From positions 1 to 37,469 of the forward strand of contig JBFHON010000001.1 in the NCBI GenBank assembly GCA_041593295.1: a DNA stretch of 37,469 nucleotides, given 5' to 3'. Position numbers and translations under genes: made by a program. The notes beneath the pieces were generated by a model that saw nothing but the letters and a program-made list of their open reading frames with translations, had not been told where the DNA came from and did no database searches. This DNA is from Oceanococcaceae bacterium (lineage in GTDB: Bacteria > Pseudomonadota > Gammaproteobacteria > Nevskiales > Oceanococcaceae). Below are positions 9,008 to 18,016 of this stretch, piece by piece (position 1 is the first letter of the stretch; each line of letters begins with the position of its first letter).

Positions 9008-10426
9008 CTAGTGGCCGCCGCCTTCCAGCTGTTTCACGGCGTTGATCATGTCGACCATGACTTTCTGTGCATCGCCGTAAACCATGTTGCAGTTGTCGGC
9101 GTAGAACAGGTGGTTTTCCACGCCGGAGTAACCCTTGCCCTGGCCACGCTTGACCACATAGACCTGACGCGCCTTGTCCACGTTCAGAATCGGCATGCCG
9201 TAAATCGGGCTGGACTTGTTGGTCCGGGCTGCCGGGTTGACCGTGTCGTTGGCACCAACCACGATGGCGACATCGGCCTGAGCGAACTCCTCATTGATGT
9301 CTTCCATGTCGTAGATGATGTCGTAGGGCACGCCCGCTTCGGCCAGCAGAACATTCATGTGGCCCGGCATCCGCCCGGCAACCGGGTGAATGGCGAACTT
9401 CACATCAACATCGTTGGCTTGCAGCAGCTTCACGAACTCGTACAGCTTGTGCTGGGCCTGGGCCACGGCCAGACCGTAACCCGGAGCGATGATGACACTG
9501 GATGCGTAGCGCATCTGGATGCCGGCATCGCTGGCTTCGGCCGGGGTCATCGAGCCTTCGATTTCCGAGTCATCTTCGGCGGTGGCACCGAAGTTCGAGA
9601 ACAGCACGTTGCTGACGCTGCGGTTCATGGCCTTGGCCATCAGCAGGGTGAGCAGTGTCCCGGCAGAGCCCACGACCATGCCCGCGATCATCAACGCCGG
9701 GTTTTGCAGCACGTAGCCCTCAAAACCAACGGCCAGACCGGTAAAGGCGTTGTACAGCGAGATCACGACCGGCATGTCGGCGCCGCCGATCGGCATGGTC
9801 ATCATCACGCCGTAGAACAGCGCCAGCATGAAGAACACGGCGATGAAGAGCAGGCTGACTTCGCCACCCTGGGCCACGGTATAGCCGCCCATGGCCAGGA
9901 GCGCCAGCAGCAGCGAACCGTTCACGGCCTGCAGGCCGCCAAAGCGCCAGGTGCCATTGATGCGGCCATCCAGTTTGGCCCAGGCAATCAGGGAGCCGGA
10001 CAGCGCCATGGCGCCGATCAGGCCGCCCAGTACCGCCATTGTCAGCACGATGCTGCCGTGAGCCTTGTATCCGAACAGCTCGATCGCGGCGATGGCTGCA
10101 GCTGCGCCGCCACCCATGCCGTTGTACAGCGCCACCATTTGCGGCATGGCGGTCATTTCGACCTTCTTGCCGCTGCGCCAGGCCCAGCCCAGGCCGAGCG
10201 CCAGAGCGATGACAACGAGGATGATGTTGGTGGTCAGATGCGGTTTCGCCGCTTCGGCCACGTCGAGCACGTACAGGAAGCTGGCCAGCACGGCCACCAC
10301 CATGCCCCAGCCCGCAACCACGATCCCGGAACGGGCCGTGACCGGGCTCGACATGCGCTTGAGACCGTAGATGAACAGGAAGGCTGCCGCGAAATAGGCC
10401 GCCTGAATGATGAAATCTGCACTCAT
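9008..10426 (-). CDS. pntB: NAD(P) transhydrogenase subunit beta
   Basis: 472 aa. Polytopic N-terminal domain plus a C-terminal NADP(H)-binding dIII domain (GYGLAVAQAQH, HPVAGRMPGHMNVLLAEA, VGANDTVNP). Confidence 0.95.
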   Translation of the reverse strand: MSADFIIQAAYFAAAFLFIYGLKRMSSPVTARSGIVVAGWGMVVAVLASFLYVLDVAEAAKPHLTTNIILVVIALALGLGWAWRSGKKVEMTAMPQMVALYNGMGGGAAAAIAAIELFGYKAHGSIVLTMAVLGGLIGAMALSGSLIAWAKLDGRINGTWRFGGLQAVNGSLLLALLAMGGYTVAQGGEVSLLFIAVFFMLALFYGVMMTMPIGGADMPVVISLYNAFTGLAVGFEGYVLQNPALMIAGMVVGSAGTLLTLLMAKAMNRSVSNVLFSNFGATAEDDSEIEGSMTPAEASDAGIQMRYASSVIIAPGYGLAVAQAQHKLYEFVKLLQANDVDVKFAIHPVAGRMPGHMNVLLAEAGVPYDIIYDMEDINEEFAQADVAIVVGANDTVNPAARTNKSSPIYGMPILNVDKARQVYVVKRGQGKGYSGVENHLFYADNCNMVYGDAQKVMVDMINAVKQLEGGGH

Positions 10427-10438
10427 GTCGTAACCGCC

Positions 10439-10726
10439 TTATTTCTTTTCGCTGGGCTTGAACATTTCCAGCATCCGTTCGGTGACCACGTAACCACCTG
10501 CGGCATTGCCGGCTCCCAGCAGCACGCCAAAGAACCCGATCGCCTGTTCCAGCGGCGTGGCCGCGTTGATCAGGGCCCAGGTCGCGCCGACGACCACGAT
10601 GCCGTGGACGAAGTTGGAGCCCGACATCAGCGGGGTGTGCAGGATGGACGGAACACGGCCAATGATCTCGTAGCCGGTAAAGGCGGCGAGCATGAAAATG
10701 TAGAGCGCTACAAATCCGGTCAGCAT
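10439..10726 (-). CDS. pntA: NAD(P) transhydrogenase subunit alpha, part 2 (membrane)
   Basis: 95-aa three-TM protein between alpha part 1 and beta. AAGGAG Shine-Dalgarno sequence upstream. Confidence 0.9.
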   Translation of the reverse strand: MLTGFVALYIFMLAAFTGYEIIGRVPSILHTPLMSGSNFVHGIVVVGATWALINAATPLEQAIGFFGVLLGAGNAAGGYVVTERMLEMFKPSEKK

Positions 10727-10737
10727 GGGTCTACTCC

Positions 10738-11862
10738 TTACTTCTGCAGAGCCTGTTTGGTCGGCTCGTGGCGAATTTCACCAGCATGCGTCATGCAGGC
10801 ACCGGCGACGATGTCGTCGTCGAAATCCAGGTTCAGTTCCCCCTCGCTGACGATCAGGCCGAGGAAGTTGAGAAGGTTCTTGGCATACAGCTCGCTGGCA
10901 TGCTCGGCCAGGCGGCTGGGCACATTCAGCGGCGTTTCGATCAGCACGTTGCCGGTGTCCACGGTTTCGCCCGGCTTCGAAAGCGGCGTATTGCCGCCAC
11001 CGTCACCGGCCAAGTCGATGATGACCGCACCGGCCTTCATGCCCATGATCTGCTCTTCAGTCACGATCTTGGGCGAGGGGCGGCCGGGGATGGCTGCCGT
11101 CGTGATGACGATGTCTGCTGACTGGATGTGTTTGGTCAGCACGGTCTGCGCCTGGGCTTTTTCTTCGTCGGTGAGCTCGCGAGCGTAGCCGCCTTCACCT
11201 TCGGCCTTGACGCCGGTGTCCACGAACTTGGCACCCAGCGACTCGACCTGCTCCTTCACGGCTGAACGCACGTCGTAGCCTTCGACAATGGCGCCGATGC
11301 GGCGTGCGGTCGCAATGGCCTGCAGGCCGGCGACGCCGGCACCCATGACCAGGACCTTGGCCGGGCGAATCGAGCCTACGGCAAAGGTGGTCATCGGCAG
11401 CAGGCGGGAAATCTTGGTGGCCCCGAGCAGTGCGCCGTAGTAGCCGGCCAGTGCGGCCTGGCTGGAGAGCGCGTCCATCGCCTGCGCGCGGGTCGTGCGT
11501 GGCACCAGTTCCATGGCAAAACAGGTGATCTTGCGATCAACCAGGGCCTGGACGATATCCGGGTTACGGTTGGCGTAAACAAAGGAGAACAGCACGCAGC
11601 CTTCGGGCAGGGCCTGTACTTCTTCGACGCTGCTAATGGCGACGCGAAGGACAATCTGTGCACCGTCCAGCGTCTTGGCCGCATCACCGGCAAAACTGAC
11701 GTCCTTGAACAGGTCATCAGGTATGCGGCTGGGCAGTCCGGCGCCTTCCTGTAATGTGAGGGCAACGCCAAGGTTGACCAGTTTGGGCACAACGGTAGGC
11801 ACCATGGCCACACGTTTCTCGTGCGCACCGGTTTCCGCCGGTACAACAATTTTCACTGTCAT
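10738..11862 (-). CDS. pntA: NAD(P) transhydrogenase subunit alpha, part 1 (dI, NAD(H)-binding)
   Basis: Alanine-dehydrogenase/PNT fold with Rossmann motif VMGAGVAGLQAIATARRIGA. The start is taken at MTVKIVVPAETGAHEKRV (11862), not the longer ORF start at 11955. Confidence 0.92.
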   Translation of the reverse strand: MTVKIVVPAETGAHEKRVAMVPTVVPKLVNLGVALTLQEGAGLPSRIPDDLFKDVSFAGDAAKTLDGAQIVLRVAISSVEEVQALPEGCVLFSFVYANRNPDIVQALVDRKITCFAMELVPRTTRAQAMDALSSQAALAGYYGALLGATKISRLLPMTTFAVGSIRPAKVLVMGAGVAGLQAIATARRIGAIVEGYDVRSAVKEQVESLGAKFVDTGVKAEGEGGYARELTDEEKAQAQTVLTKHIQSADIVITTAAIPGRPSPKIVTEEQIMGMKAGAVIIDLAGDGGGNTPLSKPGETVDTGNVLIETPLNVPSRLAEHASELYAKNLLNFLGLIVSEGELNLDFDDDIVAGACMTHAGEIRHEPTKQALQK

Positions 11863-11935
11863 GGATCTACTCCCTGTCCAGAGCGGGCGGCTGGGGCATG
11901 CTAGCCTCGCCTGTTTACCCGCCTGACCATCCCTT

Positions 11936-12856
11936 ATGAATGCCCCGAGCGCCACAGTAGCACCCGTGAAGGCGAGCAGAGTCTACCTGATTGATGCTTC
12001 GGTTTATGTCTTCAGAGCCTTCTTTTCATTGCCTGAAACTATGGTCAATGCGCAGGGTGAGCCAATAAATGCAATCCATGGCTTTGCCGGCTTTCTGGCC
12101 GACCTGAAAAAGCGTGTCGGGCCGGAGGCGGTCATTGCCGTGGCCTTTGATGAAAGCCTGAGCACCAGTTTCCGCAATCGGCTGTACCCGGACTACAAGG
12201 CCAACCGGCCACCGGCACCCGAGGGTCTGAAATGGCAGTTTTCAGCCTGCCGCGAGCTGTGCGAGGCGCTGGGGCTGCTCGCTCACAGTGATGCCGAATA
12301 CGAAGCCGACGACATCATCGGGCATTGGGCCGGTGCGGCACGTGCCCGTGGCGAGCGCGTGGCCGTGGTCAGTCGGGACAAGGACCTGACGCAGCTGATT
12401 CGTGCCGGCGATTTCTGGTGGGATTTTGCCGGCGACCGTCAGCTCGACCCGGTCGGGGTGCGCGACAAGATGGGCGTATGGCCGGAGCAGGTTGCGGACT
12501 GGCTGGCCTTTACGGGGGACGCTGTGGACAACATTCCCGGCGTGAAGGGCGTAGGCCCCAAGGCTGCAACGGCGCTTCTGGAGGCGTTTTCCTCGCTGGA
12601 TGGCGTCTATCAGCGCATTGACGAGGTCGCCGCATTGCCGGTTCGCGGGGCGGCATCACTGCAGGCCAAACTGGCGCGCGAGGAAGAGGTCGCACGCCTT
12701 TCGCTGGAACTGACCCGCATTCCGGAGTGCTGCCCCGGAGTGCCGGAGCTGGATGCCAGTTCCCGAATTGCCGATGCCGATCGGGTCGATGGTGTGCTGA
12801 CCCGGCACGGCCTGGGGGCCGGGCTGGCGCGACGGCTGCAGGTGTTCAGCGCGTAG
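11936..12856 (+). CDS. Stand-alone 5'-3' exonuclease / flap endonuclease (PIN-like plus H3TH)
   Basis: VYLIDASVYVFRAFF N-terminus, acidic clusters (DEAL.., EADD, SRDKDLTQL), and the H3TH motif GDAVDNIPGVKGVGPKAATALL. Confidence 0.88.
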   Translation: MNAPSATVAPVKASRVYLIDASVYVFRAFFSLPETMVNAQGEPINAIHGFAGFLADLKKRVGPEAVIAVAFDESLSTSFRNRLYPDYKANRPPAPEGLKWQFSACRELCEALGLLAHSDAEYEADDIIGHWAGAARARGERVAVVSRDKDLTQLIRAGDFWWDFAGDRQLDPVGVRDKMGVWPEQVADWLAFTGDAVDNIPGVKGVGPKAATALLEAFSSLDGVYQRIDEVAALPVRGAASLQAKLAREEEVARLSLELTRIPECCPGVPELDASSRIADADRVDGVLTRHGLGAGLARRLQVFSA

Positions 12857-12881
12857 ACCGCGGACGGGGCTGCGCTAGGCT

Positions 12882-12924
12882 GCACCGTCTTGGCGCGCCC
12901 TGGCGGGGCGCACCAATACGGTGC
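12882..12924. other. Imperfect hairpin between convergent genes (possible bidirectional terminator)
   Basis: GCACCGT...GCGCCC-tggcg-GGGCGC...ACGGTGC. There is no U-tract on either strand. Confidence 0.3.
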
Positions 12925-12931
12925 GATGCGG

Positions 12932-13852
12932 TTAGCGCGCGGTGGTGCAGGCGCTTTCGTACTGGCTGCGGGTGAAAACTTCCGCGGAGCCATTGAGGGA
13001 CACCGTGACCGCACCGGACTCACCAAAACTGACGGTCGCAATCTGATTGTCCTGGTTGCTCAGGCGCAGCTGGCCGTCGGTGATGACCCCTTCGGGGCTG
13101 ACCTGCAGCGCTTCGATGGTGCTGAAGGTGACGGTGCCACTGGTGCAATTGAGCACATCGCCTTCGAAGGCCAGGCCAATCGAGCCGCTGAGGTCGGCCT
13201 GGATGCCGTCACCGTTTGACTGCAGTCCGCGTTGCAGGCCGCTGCTGACGCCGATGACCTGAAAATCCTCGAAGGCCGGGGCGACGCGAATGGTCAGACT
13301 CTGCGTGGTCAGCGTGGTGTCGCCGGATTTCTGGATTTGATAGGTGCCGAGCAGGTCGACCTGCTGGCCGTTGCTGTCCGAGAACTTCAGGGACTTGGAG
13401 CCGCTGCCAAAGCTGGCCTGGGTGGAGTTGCAGCTGTCGTCGCCGGAAAAATCACCCGACTGGCACTGCAGCACCAACAGGCCGTCCAGGGTGCTGCCGT
13501 CGTCGTCACGGCAGTTGTCAAAGCTCAGGCGGATGTAGTCATCACGTCCCTGGTCGTCATAGTCGAGCGAACCCCCTTCGGCACAGCCCAGGTCCTCCAC
13601 CGTGACCTTGCGGATCACTTCGCCCCGGGCCTTGGCCAGTGGAGAGCGCAGGTCACCGAAAGCGGCCGCGGCATTGTCCAGGCGATTGATGTATTCCAGG
13701 TAGCTGCTGGCGGCCAGGACCTCAGTGGTGGTGCCAAGCTTTGCGGCGGCAATGGCATCGGCCTTTGAGGGGCCGTTGTCATCAGAGGAGCTGCAGGCCG
13801 AGAAAAACAGGACGGGCAGGGCGGCGATGAGCAGGTGATGAGGCTGGCGCAT
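12932..13852 (-). CDS. Hypothetical acidic lipoprotein
   Basis: 306 aa. Signal peptide with lipobox-like FSAC followed by an SSSDDNG linker. Several paired Cys residues. No recognisable catalytic motif. Confidence 0.6.
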   Translation of the reverse strand: MRQPHHLLIAALPVLFFSACSSSDDNGPSKADAIAAAKLGTTTEVLAASSYLEYINRLDNAAAAFGDLRSPLAKARGEVIRKVTVEDLGCAEGGSLDYDDQGRDDYIRLSFDNCRDDDGSTLDGLLVLQCQSGDFSGDDSCNSTQASFGSGSKSLKFSDSNGQQVDLLGTYQIQKSGDTTLTTQSLTIRVAPAFEDFQVIGVSSGLQRGLQSNGDGIQADLSGSIGLAFEGDVLNCTSGTVTFSTIEALQVSPEGVITDGQLRLSNQDNQIATVSFGESGAVTVSLNGSAEVFTRSQYESACTTAR

Positions 13853-13950
13853 GATTCCAAAAGCGGTGGGTTTAGCGTCAGGCTACGCCCTGCGCATGAC
13901 GCTGACAAGAATGCCGCGCGGCGGTGGATTCAGGGCGCCCTGACAAAAGT

Positions 13951-13966
13951 TGGCAAGGCTATTGCT
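13951..13966 (+). promoter_or_regulatory. Candidate sigma-54 (-24/-12) promoter
   Basis: TGGCAaGgctaTTGCt matches TGGCACG-N4-TTGCW at all but one fixed position, with correct GG-to-GC spacing of 12. It is intergenic, points at the porin gene, and lies about 104 nt upstream of that gene's ATG. Confidence 0.45.
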
Positions 13967-14069
13967 TGGGACCTACCGAGGCGGTGTTCTGGGCGGGAGT
14001 CCCCAGGGAGAGAAGCAAGGAATGTCGCCAGCTTCAATTCAATACCTTGATTTCATAAGGACAGAAGAC

Positions 14070-14732
14070 ATGAGCAAGAAGCAAGTACTGGCAGCGGGAT
14101 TTCTGGCGGTTGCCGGAATGGGGATCGCAGCTCCGGCCATGGCCGAGCTTTCCGGTAACATCGGTGTTGCCTCGCAATACGTATTCCGCGGCGTCGTTTT
14201 CGGCGACCCCCAGGTCAGTGGCGGTGTGGACTACGCCGGCCCTGCAGGCTTTTATGCCGGTACCTGGATTTCCAGCGCGGGCGGCGAGCAGGAAGTCGAT
14301 CTCTACGGTGGCTGGGCCAATGACGTTGTTGATGTCGGCTACCTGTACTACTACTTCCCGGACGATATCGGCACCGCCGACGCTGGTGAAATCTATGGTG
14401 GTCTGAACTTCAATGCATTCTCGCTGTATGCCTACTATGCTCCGGCTGGTTTCAACGGCATCGCAGATGACGACTACATTTATGTGTCCGGAGACGTCGC
14501 TCTGCCGCTGACCGACAAGATCGAGCTGTCCCTGCACGTTGGTGCGACGGAAGGTCTGGGCGATGCGGTGAAGGATGACGACACCCTGATCGATTACGGC
14601 ATCACGGTCTCCTTCGGTGATCTGTTCATCTCCGCGACCGCCATCGATTACGACACCTTTGTGACCACCGGTCAGGTTGCCAACGAGCCGACCTTCACCG
14701 TGGGCTACGGCTGGAGCTTCGACGACCTTTAA
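14070..14732 (+). CDS. TorF-family (TIGR02001-like) small outer-membrane beta-barrel, paralog 1
   Basis: Start at MSKKQVLAAGFLAVAGMGIAAPAMA (signal peptide; AAGGA Shine-Dalgarno upstream). Family-typical SQYVFRGV motif just after the cleavage site. Gly/Tyr-rich alternating strands. Confidence 0.75.
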   Translation: MSKKQVLAAGFLAVAGMGIAAPAMAELSGNIGVASQYVFRGVVFGDPQVSGGVDYAGPAGFYAGTWISSAGGEQEVDLYGGWANDVVDVGYLYYYFPDDIGTADAGEIYGGLNFNAFSLYAYYAPAGFNGIADDDYIYVSGDVALPLTDKIELSLHVGATEGLGDAVKDDDTLIDYGITVSFGDLFISATAIDYDTFVTTGQVANEPTFTVGYGWSFDDL

Positions 14733-14882
14733 GGTCGGCGGGTATTCCACTTATATAAGACAGATATAAAGAGGCCCTGCGGGGCTGGAGAACACCCTTT
14801 GGGTTAAGTGCATGATGTTGCGCTGCACATGGACAGTGCACCGCAGCATGATTAACATGCGCGCCACGTAGAACCTTATTGG

Positions 14883-14917
14883 CCCGCATTCTTTTTTGGA
14901 ATGCGGGTCTTTTTATT
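14883..14917 (+). terminator. Rho-independent terminator
   Basis: CCCGCATTC-ttttttg-GAATGCGGG followed by TCTTTTTATT. It ends 3 nt before the first ATG of the next gene. Confidence 0.85.
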
Positions 14918-14919
14918 CG

Positions 14920-15705
14920 ATGAACAACACGAAAAAGCACGCCACCATGCCTAACAAGCTGATTGCCGGCCTGCTCGTGGCAGCGAGTGCAGTGACTTCA
15001 CTGACAGCTGCGGCGGACACGCTGGATACCTCGATCAACGTTCAGAAACGCATTGACGCTGACGCCCGTAACTCACAGGTCGCGATCAACAAGCTGGACG
15101 ATGAAGCCGACAAGCTGCTGACCGAGTACCGGGTCACCACCCGCGAGTCAGACAGCCTCAAACGCTACAACCGTCAGCTGGAGAAGCAGATCGCCTCCCA
15201 GGTGGAGGAAATGCAGTCGATCGAGCGGCAGCTGACCCAGATCAACGATGTGTCTCGGGAAGTCATCCCGATGATGCTGCGCATGATTGACACGCTTGAG
15301 AAGTTCGTGTCGCTGGACATGCCCTTCCTGATGGATGAGCGTAGCAAGCGCATTGATGCCCTCCGCGAGACGATGGACCGTGCGGACGTCACAACTTCCG
15401 AAAAGTACCGTCGTATCGTCGAGGCCTACCAGACCGAGATGGAATACGGCCGTACCATCGAAGCGTATGAAGGCGAGCTCGAACTGGGAGGCGCCAACAA
15501 GGTGGTGAACTTCCTGCGTGTTGGCCGTGTCGCGCTGATGTTCCAGACGCTGGACGCCAAGACCACCGGGTATTTCGATCCTGCGAGCAAGAGCTATGTC
15601 GCCGACAACGACTACAAGAACGCTGTTCGTAGCGGTCTGCGCGTTGCGCGCAAGCAAACTGCCCCTGACCTGCTGATCGTGCCCGTTGCGGCACCAGCCA
15701 AATAG
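14920..15705 (+). CDS. DUF3450-type periplasmic coiled-coil protein (TtpB-like, TonB2-system component)
   Basis: Signal peptide (LIAGLLVAASAVTSLTAAA) and a coiled-coil-rich sequence. It occupies the first position of a TonB2-type cluster. The start could be 14920 (MNNTKK) or 14947 (MPNKLIAG). The ORF-track start at 14896 lies inside the terminator hairpin. Confidence 0.75.
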   Translation: MNNTKKHATMPNKLIAGLLVAASAVTSLTAAADTLDTSINVQKRIDADARNSQVAINKLDDEADKLLTEYRVTTRESDSLKRYNRQLEKQIASQVEEMQSIERQLTQINDVSREVIPMMLRMIDTLEKFVSLDMPFLMDERSKRIDALRETMDRADVTTSEKYRRIVEAYQTEMEYGRTIEAYEGELELGGANKVVNFLRVGRVALMFQTLDAKTTGYFDPASKSYVADNDYKNAVRSGLRVARKQTAPDLLIVPVAAPAK

Positions 15706-15722
15706 ACGGATCGGAGTCCACC

Positions 15723-17063
15723 ATGTTGAAGAACGCCCTGATTGCCATGGCGCTGGTGCTGCCCGCAACCGCCATCGCACAACAAGCAGACCCCTTGCTG
15801 GAGCTGCTGCAACAAACCAAGAACGCCCGCGCTGCCGAAAAGGCAGCCAACCAGGCCCGTGAAAACCAGTTCCGCTCCCGGCGTGACCAGCAGGCCAGCC
15901 TGCTGAAAGCGGCCAAAGCCGAGCTGGCGACGCAGGAACGTCGTAGCGAGCAGCTGCTGTCCGACTTTGAAGTCAATGACAAGAAGCTGGCCGAGATGGA
16001 AGAATCGCTGAACCTGAAGATTGGTCAGCTCGGTGAAATGTTCGGTGTCGTCCGTCAGGTCGCCGGCGACCTGCGTGGCATCGCGCAGGGTTCCTATGTG
16101 TCCTCCCAGCCGGATGTTGACCGGGATGCCTTCCTTGACGAGTTGGGGCGTTCCAAGGAACTGCCGTCGATCGAAAAGCTGGAAGGCCTGTGGTTCGAAC
16201 TGCAGCGTGAAATGACCGAAAGTGGTCGTGTCGTGGCATACCAGACCAATGTGATCGGCCCGGACGGTACGGAAGAGCCGCGTGACGTTGTTCGCGTTGG
16301 TGCCTTCACCGCCGTCTCCGATGGCAAGTTCCTGGTCTGGCAGCCGGATACCCAGCGCCTGATCGAGCTGGAGCGTCAACCTCCAGGCCGTTTCGGCAGC
16401 ATGGCTTCCGACCTGGAAAGCGCCAGCTCCGGTGTGACCGGTATCGCACTCGACCCCACGCGTGGTGCACTGCTTTCGGTTCTGGTACGTGCGCCCAGCA
16501 TTGGCGAACGTGTCCAGCAGGGCGGCCTGGTTGGTTACGTGATTCTCGCCATCGGTGCGCTGGGTCTGCTCATGGCACTGGAGCGCCTGCTCACCCTGAC
16601 CTCGGTCGGTGGCAAGATGCAGAAGCAACGCTCCGAGCCGGCGCGTGACGACAACCCGCTTGGACGGGTATTGCTGGCCTATGAAAAAGACCCGAATGCC
16701 GACCTGGAGACCATCGAGTCCCGCCTGGATGAGGCAATCATCAAGGAAGTGCCGGATCTGGAAAAACGCCTGCCTGCTCTGAAGATCTTTGCTGCCGTCG
16801 CACCGCTGCTTGGTCTGCTGGGTACCGTGACCGGCATGATCCAGACCTTCCAGGCAATCACCCTGTTCGGTACCGGTGATCCCAAGTTGATGGCGGGTGG
16901 TATCTCGCAGGCACTGATCACGACGGTTCTCGGTCTGGTGGTTTCCATTCCCATGGTGATGCTGCATCAGTGGCTGAACGGGCGTTCCAAGGCAATGGTG
17001 CAGATTCTCGAAGAGGAGTCTGCGGGGCTGGTTGCTGAACGCACGGGCTCTGCAAAGGCCTGA
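15723..17063 (+). CDS. Long MotA/TolQ/ExbB proton-channel family protein (TtpC-like)
   Basis: 446 aa. Signal or TM segment plus a periplasmic coiled-coil N-domain. The C-terminal ExbB-type domain carries LLGLLGTVTGMIQTFQAI. Confidence 0.85.
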   Translation: MLKNALIAMALVLPATAIAQQADPLLELLQQTKNARAAEKAANQARENQFRSRRDQQASLLKAAKAELATQERRSEQLLSDFEVNDKKLAEMEESLNLKIGQLGEMFGVVRQVAGDLRGIAQGSYVSSQPDVDRDAFLDELGRSKELPSIEKLEGLWFELQREMTESGRVVAYQTNVIGPDGTEEPRDVVRVGAFTAVSDGKFLVWQPDTQRLIELERQPPGRFGSMASDLESASSGVTGIALDPTRGALLSVLVRAPSIGERVQQGGLVGYVILAIGALGLLMALERLLTLTSVGGKMQKQRSEPARDDNPLGRVLLAYEKDPNADLETIESRLDEAIIKEVPDLEKRLPALKIFAAVAPLLGLLGTVTGMIQTFQAITLFGTGDPKLMAGGISQALITTVLGLVVSIPMVMLHQWLNGRSKAMVQILEEESAGLVAERTGSAKA

Positions 17064-17068
17064 TCGAC

Positions 17069-17593
17069 GTGGAAGTTTTCACCGCAATCCGGGACTTCCT
17101 CGAAACCGGGGGCGCGGTCCTCTGGCTGATCCTGGCTGTGGCGGTACTGCTTTGGGCGCTCATCATTGAGCGGCTGATGTTCTACCGCCGCCAATTTCCG
17201 GCGCTGGCCAAAGGCGTGGTTACACGCTGGCGGCAGCGCACGGAGTTTTCCAGCTGGCAGGCCAAGCGCCAGCGGGAAGCCCTGGTCAGCGAGATCAACC
17301 GTACGCTGAAAGAGTCCATCAGTCTGATCAAGACGATCATCGCGCTGTGCCCGTTGCTCGGGCTGCTCGGCACCGTGACCGGCATGGTCCAGGTGTTTGA
17401 CGTGATGGCCGTGATGGGGACGGGTAATGCCCGCGCCATGGCGGCCGGTGTCTCCAAGGCGACCCTGCCAACGATGGCCGGGATGGTTGTTGCCCTCTCC
17501 GGGCTGTATTTCAGCTCCCATTTTGAACAAGTTGTACGCCGAGAAACCGAATTCCTGAACGACGAACTCGGCCTACACGAACAAGAGAAATAA
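17069..17593 (+). CDS. exbB: ExbB (MotA/TolQ/ExbB proton channel)
   Basis: 174 aa, three TM segments, motif LLGLLGTVTGMVQVFDVM. GTG start 5 nt after the upstream stop. Confidence 0.88.
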   Translation: MEVFTAIRDFLETGGAVLWLILAVAVLLWALIIERLMFYRRQFPALAKGVVTRWRQRTEFSSWQAKRQREALVSEINRTLKESISLIKTIIALCPLLGLLGTVTGMVQVFDVMAVMGTGNARAMAAGVSKATLPTMAGMVVALSGLYFSSHFEQVVRRETEFLNDELGLHEQEK

Positions 17594-17596
17594 GCC

Positions 17597-18004
17597 ATGC
17601 GACGCAAACATCACGGCGCAGCGGAAGAAGCCGAAATCGACATGACCCCGATGCTGGACATCGTGTTCATCATGCTGATCTTCTTCATCGTGACAACCAG
17701 TTTCGTCAAGGAAACCGGGATCGATGTCTCACGTCCAAGCGCCAACACCGCAGAAAAGAAAGAGCGTGGAAACATCCTGATCGCCATCAAGCCCAATGGT
17801 GATGTCTGGATGGACAAGCGCAAGGTCGAGCTGCGCGCAGTTCGTGCCAACACCGAACGGATGCACGCAGAAAATCCGGAAGGTTCCGTGGTGATCATCG
17901 CGGACAAGGAATCGCAAACGGGTGTGCTGGTCGAGGTGATGGACCAGGTCCGTTCAGCCGGCGTGTACAACGTTTCGATTGCTGCAAACAACAACGCGGA
18001 ATAG
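17597..18004 (+). CDS. exbD: ExbD/TolR biopolymer transport protein
   Basis: 135 aa. DMTPMLDIVFIMLIFFIV N-terminal TM segment and an ExbD-type periplasmic domain. Confidence 0.9.
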   Translation: MRRKHHGAAEEAEIDMTPMLDIVFIMLIFFIVTTSFVKETGIDVSRPSANTAEKKERGNILIAIKPNGDVWMDKRKVELRAVRANTERMHAENPEGSVVIIADKESQTGVLVEVMDQVRSAGVYNVSIAANNNAE

Positions 18005-18016
18005 GCGGGCCGATCC

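Noticed and set aside
8909-11188. 759-aa plus-strand ORF spanning the whole pnt region
   Set aside because: It is antisense to three confidently recognised genes (pntB, pntAB, pntAA). The translation is rich in Arg, Gly, His, Asp and Val with no motif. Long stop-free antisense frames are expected at this GC content.
13950-14069. TTG-initiated 40-codon extension of porin 1, and the MECGSFYS extension (14896-14919) of the DUF3450 gene
   Set aside because: The signal peptides begin at the internal Met residues. The second extension lies inside the terminator hairpin.
14846-14860. Palindrome GCATGATTAACATGC as a possible Fur box upstream of the TonB2 genes
   Set aside because: It matches only about 9 of 13 core positions of the Fur consensus in my hand alignment, and only the 5-bp arms are symmetric. 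That is too weak to call without a PWM scan or experimental data.
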